A DNA stretch of 64,000 bases, taken from IMG/VR virus record IMGVR_UViG_3300030330_002454. One strand, 5' to 3'. This stretch comes from an uncultured virus (IMG/VR IMGVR_UViG_3300030330_002454) (lineage: Duplodnaviria > Heunggongvirae > Uroviricota > Caudoviricetes). Position numbers and translations under genes: made by a program. Shown here one piece after another: positions 26,776 to 36,600 of this stretch (its first letter is position 1; every line of letters starts with the position of its first letter). The notes below the pieces were generated by a model. It ran no database searches. It was not told the origin of the DNA and saw nothing but the letters and a program-made list of their open reading frames with translations.

Positions 26776-28215
26776 ATGGCAAACACAATTAGTTCATTAC
26801 AAATGTATGCTCCTAAGAGTTGGTCTGGCCTTACGACAGAAAATCACTTAGGAAGTGTATTTGCCCAAGAACCTACATTGGTGTCTAACATCATCAGTAG
26901 AGTTTTTGGTTTGAATCAGTACGCAGGTATTGATTACTTTTTATCAATTGGTGGAGGAGAACAAGAACTTCCAGATGATAACGATTTCGAGTGGTTCCTA
27001 AAAGGTGACGACGAGAAAGCAATTACTATTACAAATTCTTTAGTTGGAACTCCAGGTCAATACGGAGCTGAAATGTTAATTGAATTTGCAGAAAAGTATT
27101 TTGCAGTAACAGATAAATTAGTATTAGACGACGGTGAAACTGCTGTTCGTGTAATGCGTGAGCCTTACGCAAATGGTACAAACTATGTTTACCCTTGTGT
27201 GCTTATGACAAGTGAGCCTTCTGACTTTGTTGCTCCATCACTATTAGCTGCTGGATCTAAAGCAAGTAAAGAATACTCTCCACAAGAAAGAACGTTGAAC
27301 AGAACTTATGGTGAAACTAGCTATACTTCTCCGTTCAAAATGCGTAACTCTATGTCTTTCTTATCTAAGACTTACACTATTCCTGGTAACATGCACCAAC
27401 GTCCTTTAGTTATTGAAATGCTAGACCCTAAGTCTAACAAGACTACTAAAATCTGGACTCAGTATGCTGAATACGAATTTATGTGTCAGTGGATGAAAGA
27501 GAAAGAAAGAATGTTATTCTTCTCTAAGTCTAATAAGCAAGCTAATGGAACTTACAATATGTATGGCGATTCTGGTTCTCCAATTATTGAGGGTGCTGGT
27601 ATCCGTGAGCAAATCTCACCATCGTACAAGTTCCACTATACAAACTTTACAATTGATTACTTAGAAGATGTATTATTGAACTTATCAATTAACATCCTTC
27701 CAGAAGATCAACGTCACTTCGTAGCGTTTACAGGTGAAAGAGGTATGGTACAATTCCACAGAGCTCTTGAGAACCACGCTGCTCGTTTCCAACCATTAGA
27801 TTCTAAACGAATTGGTGGAGCTGGACAAAATTTATCATTCCAAGGTCAGTACAGAGAGTTTATGGGACCACAAGGTATCCGATTTACTTTAGTACACTTA
27901 CCAATGTATGATAATGAAGTACGTAACCGTGTACCACACCCACAAGGTGGTTTCACTGAGTCTTACCGATACACTATCCTTAACATGGGTACTTCAGGCG
28001 GTGAAGCAAATATTCGTCGAGTATATCCTAAAGGACGTAAAGAATTAATGTGGCACGTGGCTGGTTCAACTTCACCGTTAGGACCTAACACTTCGTTCTC
28101 ATCAGGTTCTTCGTCTGCAGTAGATGGATACCAATTATTTGCTCAAGCACAACAAGGGGTTATTATTCAAAACCCAATGTCTTGTGCAGAGTTAATCTAC
28201 TCGACAACTGTATAA
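26776..28215 (+). CDS. major capsid protein (crAss-like)
   Basis: WSGLTTENHL, GAGIREQI, TGERG, LPMYD and HPQGG...ESYR motifs; highly biased codons. Confidence 0.9.
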   Translation: MANTISSLQMYAPKSWSGLTTENHLGSVFAQEPTLVSNIISRVFGLNQYAGIDYFLSIGGGEQELPDDNDFEWFLKGDDEKAITITNSLVGTPGQYGAEMLIEFAEKYFAVTDKLVLDDGETAVRVMREPYANGTNYVYPCVLMTSEPSDFVAPSLLAAGSKASKEYSPQERTLNRTYGETSYTSPFKMRNSMSFLSKTYTIPGNMHQRPLVIEMLDPKSNKTTKIWTQYAEYEFMCQWMKEKERMLFFSKSNKQANGTYNMYGDSGSPIIEGAGIREQISPSYKFHYTNFTIDYLEDVLLNLSINILPEDQRHFVAFTGERGMVQFHRALENHAARFQPLDSKRIGGAGQNLSFQGQYREFMGPQGIRFTLVHLPMYDNEVRNRVPHPQGGFTESYRYTILNMGTSGGEANIRRVYPKGRKELMWHVAGSTSPLGPNTSFSSGSSSAVDGYQLFAQAQQGVIIQNPMSCAELIYSTTV

Positions 28216-28243
28216 TAATAAATTAATATAAACACGAAAGAAG

Positions 28244-29101
28244 ATGGCAAAGAAAGCGGCAACAAAAGTGAGCGCACCTGTAGTAGAGGAAAGTGTTTCT
28301 ACTAATATAAAAATAGATAAGGTTACTGTAAAACCTATTAAGAAACACGGATGGCTACCCGACGATCACGACGGGAGCCTCCGTTATTCTAGATGTTTTG
28401 AACGTTTAACTGTTCAAGCAACAAAAGGTAGCGGTGTCCTTAACACTGGATTAACTGAAGACGACGAAAGACGTTTAGAGGATAAAATGAATATGGCTCC
28501 AGGAACATTATCTCGTTATAATGTAGATTACTGGACTATGTTTAGAGTTGATGTACCTGCAGATGGTATTCAATTAGATCTTGCTAATCCAGAGCATGAA
28601 CTCAAATATTTAGTTTTAAAAGCTCATCAAAGAGTTGCTAATTCAGAAATGGAACGTTTTGATACACCATTTGCTGAATATGTAATGACTTCAAAAGAGC
28701 AAGAAGCTAGAGTTGAGAATAAGAAATCTAAACTTAAGCGTAAAGCTTACAAAGTATTTAGTAATATGAATACTACAGAAATGAGAGATGTTCTTAAGGT
28801 TATTGGTAAAAGAGCAGGAGATGATGCTTCTGTAGACTTTGTTGAGTCTCAACTTGATAAAGTTGTAACTGATGATCCTCAGGCATTCTTAACTACTGTA
28901 GAAGATCCAACATTTAAAATGAGAGCATTTATTGATGATTGTTTATCAGCAAGAGTTCTTGTAAAAAGTGGTACTAAATACCAACTTCCTGGTGGAGATA
29001 CTGTAGGTTATACACTTGAGCAAACGATTGAATATTTACAAAATCCTGACAATCAGGAAGTATATTTAGATTTAAAAGGTAAATTATCTATAGGTAAATA
29101 G
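28244..29101 (+). CDS. conserved crAss-like structural protein following MCP
   Basis: TGLT...LE, LDLANP and KRKAY motifs; conserved synteny. Confidence 0.7.
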   Translation: MAKKAATKVSAPVVEESVSTNIKIDKVTVKPIKKHGWLPDDHDGSLRYSRCFERLTVQATKGSGVLNTGLTEDDERRLEDKMNMAPGTLSRYNVDYWTMFRVDVPADGIQLDLANPEHELKYLVLKAHQRVANSEMERFDTPFAEYVMTSKEQEARVENKKSKLKRKAYKVFSNMNTTEMRDVLKVIGKRAGDDASVDFVESQLDKVVTDDPQAFLTTVEDPTFKMRAFIDDCLSARVLVKSGTKYQLPGGDTVGYTLEQTIEYLQNPDNQEVYLDLKGKLSIGK

Positions 29102-29102
29102 T

Positions 29103-29864
29103 ATGACATTAGAAGAAATGTATGCCGAGTTTAAGTTTATGTTGGATAAAGTAGATTCATCATCCGCTCCTTTATTTCTGGAATCAGAGATAAAGATGCT
29201 TTTGAATATTGCTCAAGATAAATTTATAACTAAACGCTTATATGGAAATAATGTTAGACGTACTGGGTTTGAAGAAGATCAAAAACGACGAGATGATTTA
29301 AGAACTCTTATACATCAAGCTAACCTGACTCCAAGAGAATATAATGACTTTATATTTGGGGCGCCAGGTTATCATGTAGATGAGGATAAATTTTCTACGT
29401 TATTTTTTGAACTGCCATATTCATCAGCTCCATATCGGGAGTACAGACACGCTCTTTTAGAGTCGGCAGTAATAGAAACAATTGGTGTAGAAGACTCGTT
29501 TAGAACAGTACCTGTTAAACCTATAGCTTTGGATCGTTACCATAAAATTATGGATGATCCTTTTAATAAGCCTCATAAAGATACAGTGTATAGATTGGAT
29601 TATGGCGGGCAAGGCTCAAGCTCTGGTGACGAGCCTAGAGCTGGTTATATGCAGTTAGTGTTTGATAAAGATCAAAATGTGACTAATTATTTATTAAAAT
29701 ATTTAGCACATCCTTTAGCAATAGGACACAATAATACATATAACTGTCAGTTACCAACTCATACACACAGAGAGATTGTAAGGATGGCTGTCGTAGAAGC
29801 TCTAGAAGGAATAGAGAGTCCACGATACCAATCAAGTAAAATAGAACTTAATGAAATAGAATAA
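29103..29864 (+). CDS. head-tail ring/adaptor protein
   Basis: DKVDS, LNIAQ, FEEDQKRRDDLRTL, DPFNKP and LPTHTHREIV motifs. Confidence 0.7.
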   Translation: MTLEEMYAEFKFMLDKVDSSSAPLFLESEIKMLLNIAQDKFITKRLYGNNVRRTGFEEDQKRRDDLRTLIHQANLTPREYNDFIFGAPGYHVDEDKFSTLFFELPYSSAPYREYRHALLESAVIETIGVEDSFRTVPVKPIALDRYHKIMDDPFNKPHKDTVYRLDYGGQGSSSGDEPRAGYMQLVFDKDQNVTNYLLKYLAHPLAIGHNNTYNCQLPTHTHREIVRMAVVEALEGIESPRYQSSKIELNEIE

Positions 29865-29865
29865 A

Positions 29866-30219
29866 ATGGCAACAGAAAAATTACAAAGAGTAACGAGAGC
29901 TAATGTAGGCCCTCGTAACAATGTAGGTGGGGCACTTAATAATGTTCCAGTTGCAGTTCAAGACCACAATAAAGTGGTTGATGCTGTCAATCTATTATAT
30001 GATAATCAAACTGAAGGTGGTGTAATTATAGTAGAAACTAAAACCTGTACAGCTGCAAGTACAACTACGGACTTTGCAAATGTTAAGGTTGGAGATACTA
30101 TTATAGTATTATCAGATGATGCAAGTGAAGCTAATAAATTTGGTACAGCAACAACTGCTGGTACCTCTCCTGTTACTCCAGTTGAAAATCATTTTATTAT
30201 CATACTTAGATCAGTATAA
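29866..30219 (+). CDS. small structural protein
   Basis: 117 aa in the capsid operon. Confidence 0.55.
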   Translation: MATEKLQRVTRANVGPRNNVGGALNNVPVAVQDHNKVVDAVNLLYDNQTEGGVIIVETKTCTAASTTTDFANVKVGDTIIVLSDDASEANKFGTATTAGTSPVTPVENHFIIILRSV

Positions 30220-30245
30220 TTAATTAATTTTTAAAATAGAAAAAA

Positions 30246-31523
30246 ATGGGTGCATATAAAGCCGATAATCAATTATTTGTATTTGCAGGCGGCGTGTTTG
30301 AAGATGGAAAAACTTCATCTACAGCAGCAGCAGGTACAATATGGGTAGAAACTGAAGCAGGAGCTAATCACACAGATGCGATTGCTGATGGAGAATACTA
30401 CCGAGTATGTCAAAAACAAACTAATGGAGTTGTTAAAAGAAGTCCTTTATTATTGTGGGATGATAGAATTAAAGTTACAGGAAAAGTTTATTCAGCTGCA
30501 AGTGAGCAATCATCTGTATTTGGGTCTGGTGGATCAACTGGGTCTATTGAAGCTATAAACTCTAACCGTTACACTATTCGTGTAAACTTTAAAAATAATG
30601 TAGACATGTATTCTGAGCAATCAGACTTACATTTCTTTGAATATGTTTCTGATGCAAATGCAACTCAAATCGAGATTGCAGATTACTTTGCTCAAACAAT
30701 GTCTAAGCATGAGAAGTTCTCAGGTAGCAGATTAGGTAAAAAACGTGCTTCTGTAAAAGTAGAGCGATTTACTGATGCAGCTGATGCTGTTATTTCAGTT
30801 AACATTACTACTGCAAAAGTAACTAATGGAAGTAAATTTATTACTGACTTTGTATTTAGTTCAGGTAGTGATATATCTGGAATGGAAGCAGGTAACTATC
30901 TACGTATTGTAGAGGATGGTACTGTTGGCGATACTCCAGTAGCAACAACTGACGCTATTTACAAAATTGTTTCTGTAGACAATACTAACGATATTATTGA
31001 GTTAGATCAGCCTTTCCAAGGTACAACTGCAGATTTACAAGATATTGCAATTAACCAAATTACAGCTGCTGTTATGGCATCTGCAAATGTTGGTATCAAA
31101 ATTACAGGTTTAGAACAAGAATGGCAGTTAGGATTACACCAATACGACAAGATTACTTTTGATGTATCTTTAGATGGTTGGGGTGATACTACAGCAGTAT
31201 CAACTACTGCAGCTGCTATAGGTTCAGGAGAAGGAGAGCAAATTGCTGAACTAGAATGGTTTGGTAACGGATCTCTTGGTGCTCCTTACCGTCACGGAGT
31301 TCCTAATAACAGCAACTTAGTTGATGCTTACGCTGTATCAACTGATACTTATGGTGTTATTACAATTGACAGTAAACTTACAGATCCTAACTATGCAGTT
31401 GCAGGGTCAGGAGTTGGACGTGTTCAAATTATACTTGCTTGTAAAGTAGGTGTTTTAGATGAAGCAGGAAGTGCTGCACTACAAGCTAACACTATCTTTG
31501 GTGTTACTGGACACTCTTCTTAA
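30246..31523 (+). CDS. putative auxiliary capsid protein
   Basis: Last gene before a strong terminator, with MCP-like codon bias; GIKITG and GSGEGEQIAELEWFGNG...YR motifs. Confidence 0.6.
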   Translation: MGAYKADNQLFVFAGGVFEDGKTSSTAAAGTIWVETEAGANHTDAIADGEYYRVCQKQTNGVVKRSPLLLWDDRIKVTGKVYSAASEQSSVFGSGGSTGSIEAINSNRYTIRVNFKNNVDMYSEQSDLHFFEYVSDANATQIEIADYFAQTMSKHEKFSGSRLGKKRASVKVERFTDAADAVISVNITTAKVTNGSKFITDFVFSSGSDISGMEAGNYLRIVEDGTVGDTPVATTDAIYKIVSVDNTNDIIELDQPFQGTTADLQDIAINQITAAVMASANVGIKITGLEQEWQLGLHQYDKITFDVSLDGWGDTTAVSTTAAAIGSGEGEQIAELEWFGNGSLGAPYRHGVPNNSNLVDAYAVSTDTYGVITIDSKLTDPNYAVAGSGVGRVQIILACKVGVLDEAGSAALQANTIFGVTGHSS

Positions 31524-31545
31524 TAGATTCATAATTTATTTAATT

Positions 31546-31579
31546 AAAGGGCAGGCAGCTTTTCTGTCTGCCCTTTTTT
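31546..31579 (+). terminator. intrinsic terminator of the capsid operon
   Basis: AAAGGGCAGGCAG-CTTTT-CTGTCTGCCCTTT followed by a T tract. Confidence 0.85.
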
Positions 31580-31590
31580 AATTTTTACAA

Positions 31591-32166
31591 ATGGCATTAG
31601 ACTTAAAACTTAATATAAGTACAACAGAAGATTGTAAAAATCTAGTTATAGAAGATGTAACTGGCGTTTATAATGAAACCTCTAATCCTGGAGGATGGGG
31701 AGGTTTTAATGTTGATGGAAATAGAAATAACTTCAATATGCAGTTATATTTAATTGCATATCATTTTATAGATGGAGAACAATATACAACTCCAATAGGT
31801 CTTGTCAATTTTGAAAATACAGTGTATTATCCGTCTGAAGATACCTTTAGAGCTTTTAAAGTTTCTATACCATCATATGATATATCAACAGAAATAGCTA
31901 ACTCTAGTACTGTACCTGATTCTTACGACCCTATACAAGAAGTAGTAGAAGATGGCTTGTATACAATAGTTGTTAATTTGCAGAATGAAAAAATTAATTA
32001 CAAAGAAGAATTTGAGTTTACAGTTAGAAGTATATGCAACTCTCAAAAAATTGTAGAGAAAATGATGGGTTCGATAAATTTAGGATGCGAAGATTGTGAC
32101 GACACTGATATTGAAAGAGCGTTGCTTGCTAAAAGTTTGTTTGAAACTATAAAAAATATGAGATAA
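31591..32166 (+). CDS. structural protein (portal-vertex/tail-hub region)
   Basis: DVTGVYNETSNPGGWG, EDGLYTI and a Cys-containing C-terminus. Confidence 0.55.
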   Translation: MALDLKLNISTTEDCKNLVIEDVTGVYNETSNPGGWGGFNVDGNRNNFNMQLYLIAYHFIDGEQYTTPIGLVNFENTVYYPSEDTFRAFKVSIPSYDISTEIANSSTVPDSYDPIQEVVEDGLYTIVVNLQNEKINYKEEFEFTVRSICNSQKIVEKMMGSINLGCEDCDDTDIERALLAKSLFETIKNMR

Positions 32167-32169
32167 TAT

Positions 32170-33654
32170 ATGTCTATAGCATCTTCTATACTAAGTAATG
32201 TTTTATCTTATGCAGCTCTTGATAGCTGGCATTTAAATCTTGCATTAGCTCAAGAGAATGATTTAGATTTAAATATCTACGAAGACAGTATTTCTAATAC
32301 AGTTACTTCTTATTTGAGCAGTGCTCCTTCAAATATTACTAACGAACCATTAGGTGTGATACCTATTGTATTTCATGCAGTAATGGATGAAGATGTTCAG
32401 TCTGAAGGCGGGTATAAAATAATTAGCCCTAGCGGACAAGCTATAGATTTTAATGTTAAGCAAATAATAAAAGATTTAAATGAAGTATACAAAGTTGCAG
32501 GCTTATCTTTTAAGGCGGCATTACAAAATCCTAATGGAGACAACTTAATAATTCCAGGACTAAACATAATAAATGGCCATAATTTACATAGTAGAGTACA
32601 CAAGAAAAAAGCGTATTACAGAGATCGAGGACTTGTAATTAGAAATTTGTTATATAATAGAGCAGAAAATCAAAGTCCTCAGCCAGTGTCTGGATATTCA
32701 GTATTAAATTTATATGCAGATTTTAGTTTTGGGAATAAAGTTTTAAATGTATTTTTAGTAAATCATTTAGGGCAGGATTTTAATGCCGTTTTAGATGCAC
32801 CGAATCCTTTTGTATTTGACTATACTACAAAAAATGTAGGATATAATATTACACTTCCTTTTTATGCTTTAGGAAATCCATGGAAAAGTAGCCTTAGTCC
32901 AGGATATGGATATAAGTATACTAATAGCACTACTGCTCAAACATATGTATCTACTGTATTAGAAAATGGCGGTATTTTTTCTGAAGGAGAATATTCATCA
33001 AATGCAATTTCTTATTATGGAACAAAAAAACACAAAGCAAAACCTTTAGTAAAAGGTATAGGCTATGCTTTAGGGTTAGCAGATTTAAATACTTTTAATT
33101 TAAGAGACATAGAAATAAATAATGGCTATGCGCCTGATAGCTCAAATTTTCCAGTTTGTAATAATAAATGTGTATACAGAAGTTATAAATACAATAGCAT
33201 TTGCTATAGTTGTGATCCAGATACGTATATTAATGAGTTTTATTATCCTTATAATGGAAGCGAGTTTTGCTTTAAAAAAGGTGTGCTTCAAGGGACAATT
33301 CATGAAAATGCTATGTCTTGGTACGCTATAGATAACGTATCTAAGTATACCTTAACCGCTTTACAAATACTAAGAATAAAAGCTAATCTTCAAATGGTAT
33401 ATATTGATCTTGAAACATCAATTACTGAAGCAGGTATTTTATTAACTTTATTGAACTCAGGTGTTCCTACCGATACTGATGATGATCCTGTAGATGCACA
33501 CGAATGTGATGAGCAAACAGTTATAATTTTAGATAGAACTGTAAAAGACAAAATTTCTTACTTACAGTTTTATAATGACCGTAAAGAAGATGAAGCTATA
33601 AAATTTGCAAAAAAAATTAATACTATAAAAGAAATAGCTAATAAATTTATATAA
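32170..33654 (+). CDS. M43/pappalysin-like fold protein, zinc site degenerate
   Basis: IPIVFH, LNEVY, LNVFLV, KGIGYALGLAD in place of HExGHxLGLxH, NAMSW Met-turn-like and LTALQILRI. Confidence 0.55.
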   Translation: MSIASSILSNVLSYAALDSWHLNLALAQENDLDLNIYEDSISNTVTSYLSSAPSNITNEPLGVIPIVFHAVMDEDVQSEGGYKIISPSGQAIDFNVKQIIKDLNEVYKVAGLSFKAALQNPNGDNLIIPGLNIINGHNLHSRVHKKKAYYRDRGLVIRNLLYNRAENQSPQPVSGYSVLNLYADFSFGNKVLNVFLVNHLGQDFNAVLDAPNPFVFDYTTKNVGYNITLPFYALGNPWKSSLSPGYGYKYTNSTTAQTYVSTVLENGGIFSEGEYSSNAISYYGTKKHKAKPLVKGIGYALGLADLNTFNLRDIEINNGYAPDSSNFPVCNNKCVYRSYKYNSICYSCDPDTYINEFYYPYNGSEFCFKKGVLQGTIHENAMSWYAIDNVSKYTLTALQILRIKANLQMVYIDLETSITEAGILLTLLNSGVPTDTDDDPVDAHECDEQTVIILDRTVKDKISYLQFYNDRKEDEAIKFAKKINTIKEIANKFI

Positions 33655-36600
33655 TGGCAAAAGTTCCATATACAAAAGTATCTAAAAAAATAGCTAGTGG
33701 TATTTCAAGACTTAGCTCTAATTTTTTTAGACCTTCCTGCGGGCATGATCATAATCAAGATGAAGGGCCAGACGAGATAACTACTATACTAAGATCTGCA
33801 ATGCAGGATCTTAATCGTAATTATAGAAGTAGCGGTACTCCTGCTGAAAATGCAGCAGCTTGTGCAGACGGAAGCTGTGAGACTGTGTATGTTCCTGTAA
33901 TTATGCATTTTCATACATATAATGATGATCCTGTTTCTAATTATGTTTTCTATGGGCAGTTTGCAAATGGGAGTAGTAGAATTCAAAAATACAACCAAAC
34001 AATAGCAGCGTTTGAAGAGCTTAATAAAGTTTTTGCTGGACAATACCTTGATACAGTAGGTACATTTGGATCATTGCTAAATGCACAAATAAATGATAAC
34101 ACTGAAACAGACCTTGTTAGTAATCCTAGCGCATTTAACTCAGAGCAGAACTGGACAAAAATAAAAGACTTTGGTTACTACACAGGAGGTTTAGTATACG
34201 ATGAGGAAACAAAACAATATGTAGATGAGTTTGTTAGTCATAAAGAACTTAGAGAACTTTATCCTAATATACAATTTTACTTTCCTAAGAAAATAAGAAA
34301 AGACCATCTTCTTGAAGGTATGTACAAAGAGAAGACTGGTCTTAAAGTGGGCCTACAAGAATTAGTAGATTACTTAGATGTATGGCATGGAAATCCTATA
34401 CATGGATTATTAGAACAAGAATATTTTTATTTTGCTGAAGATTATCCAGGAGCTATTTTTTGGGACTCTGCTTTAGTAGATGTAGAGTATGTTACTAAGC
34501 TTAATGTTTTGCAACAAATTATTAACGGTAATGATAAAGATCTAAATATTTCTATAAACCCTCAAACGGGACCTAGTTACAGTGTAGCTAATCCATCTTC
34601 TAACGTAGAAGGGGAAGACATGCTTACTATGGTAAATATATCTGGCTCTAAGAATACTATATTTGCAGATATGGCCCTAACTTATGATGGACATGAGTAC
34701 GGCCCCCAAAACGAATGGTTTACTAATCATACCGAAGGATGGGCACAATCTTTATCAATTAAAGGTCCTGCTAATTTTCCTGCAGAAAGAGCTGACATAC
34801 TTTTTCATGAATTTGGACATTTAATGGGTAGAGTTCATGCATGGCAATCCCCATCTTTTGCAGGAGTCTATTTTAAAGAAGAAAGACTTGGAAGTACTAG
34901 TCAAGTAGGGTTTGGCTCATCTTATAGTTTAAATTATAAAACAAGTATATTACATAGCTCTTCGGGTGATCTAACTCTGAAAGCTGGTCTATTTCCAGGT
35001 AAAGGAAGTCTTTGGGGGTTTGAAGAAGTAGAAGATATGTGTGAAGAACCTCTTCTAGCATTTGACCTTAAACCTCCATTTTCGTATGATATAGAAAATA
35101 GAAAATATAAAAGAGCTTTACGAGATTATAATAGGGCTGAGTCAGAATATGATTATTGGGCGCCTATTGTAAATTACGCTATTAACAATGATGCTTACTA
35201 TGATGTACCTTCTTTAGTAGCACTTTATCCGTCAGGTGTAACATCTACTAATGTAGGATCATGGGTTAGTAATCATTTAGAGCTCTATGGGATTAGAAAA
35301 GATATACTCCTTGAAGAATTAAATAATACTCCTGAAAGAATAATTGGAGATTTTGGAGATATTTCGGATGAAGAAAAAGGATATTTAGAATTTGTTTTTA
35401 ATAAATTTTTACCTGTTTTAACTGATAATTTTTCTATAAAAACTAGATTTCAAAGTGGAGATCAAGAAGCTGGAGGCAGTAGCTCTAGAATTGTTATTCC
35501 TGTAGCATATAAACAAGATGACATACCACATATTAATAATATGTTTATTGAAGGATATGATTACCAAGCAGAAGGTAACCGAAATGGAATGAATCCTGTA
35601 ATGGATTTAGCAGCAGACATATTAACAGGGGTTAGTTCTTTTTGGGGAGGATCTTATATAATAAAAAATCCACCTCAATTAGCTTCTGAGTTTGAAGGGG
35701 AAATAGTTAGTAAAGTATTTGATAGACGGTATGTTTTTGCTTTAAGACTTGAACCAGGTAATCATACATACAACGAAGCAGTAGCTATTGCAGAAGCAGA
35801 AGATGGATGGAGATTACCTTCAAGTGACGAAGAAATAGAAATAATTGCTAAATCTATAAGACAGCATAATACACAACAAGGGTATGCGTGTGATTATACT
35901 ACATTAGGCGGATCTTCTATTCCTGCAAATTTTGTATATAACCTTCCTTTTCGTTCAGATTATACTTCTCCTGTTAATCAGGATAATATAGATAATGGGA
36001 TTTCAGATATTCCTAGTTGGGGTTGTTGGACAACTGTTATACCAAGCCCTGGAGGATATACCTACCGTAAAGTTATGTCTGTAAGCGCTTGTCCAGGGCT
36101 AGGCTGGAGTGGAGTACCTAAGTCTATAGACTCACAAAGAAGTGTATTACTAATTAAAAAAATAGATTTACTAGAAAATCCAAATATAATAACACAACTT
36201 GTAGTAAATCCTGCAGACGATGATGGTAATAGAATAGGGCCTAATATAAGCACTCATATTCCTTTTTGTATACAGCCTACTGGCACCACGCCGAATGGAT
36301 TAAATATATCTATGAATACGAGATATGATCATTTTTGGATGCATAACTTTAATGCTTTTAATCCTATATTTCCCGTGTACCCTGACAACACTCCAGTAGA
36401 TAATCTTTTAGATCCAGAGTTTTGTCCTTGCCTACATAATACACAAACATATTATAATGGAGATGGTAACACTTATGATTTTCAAATTATTGGAGGAGGG
36501 GATAATGCTTGGGCTGCCCATGCAATGATGTATACAGGAACTAGAGCTTCTGAGAATATGAATGAGTTTAGACTTTCTATAGGTGCGTCTAAAGGAGATT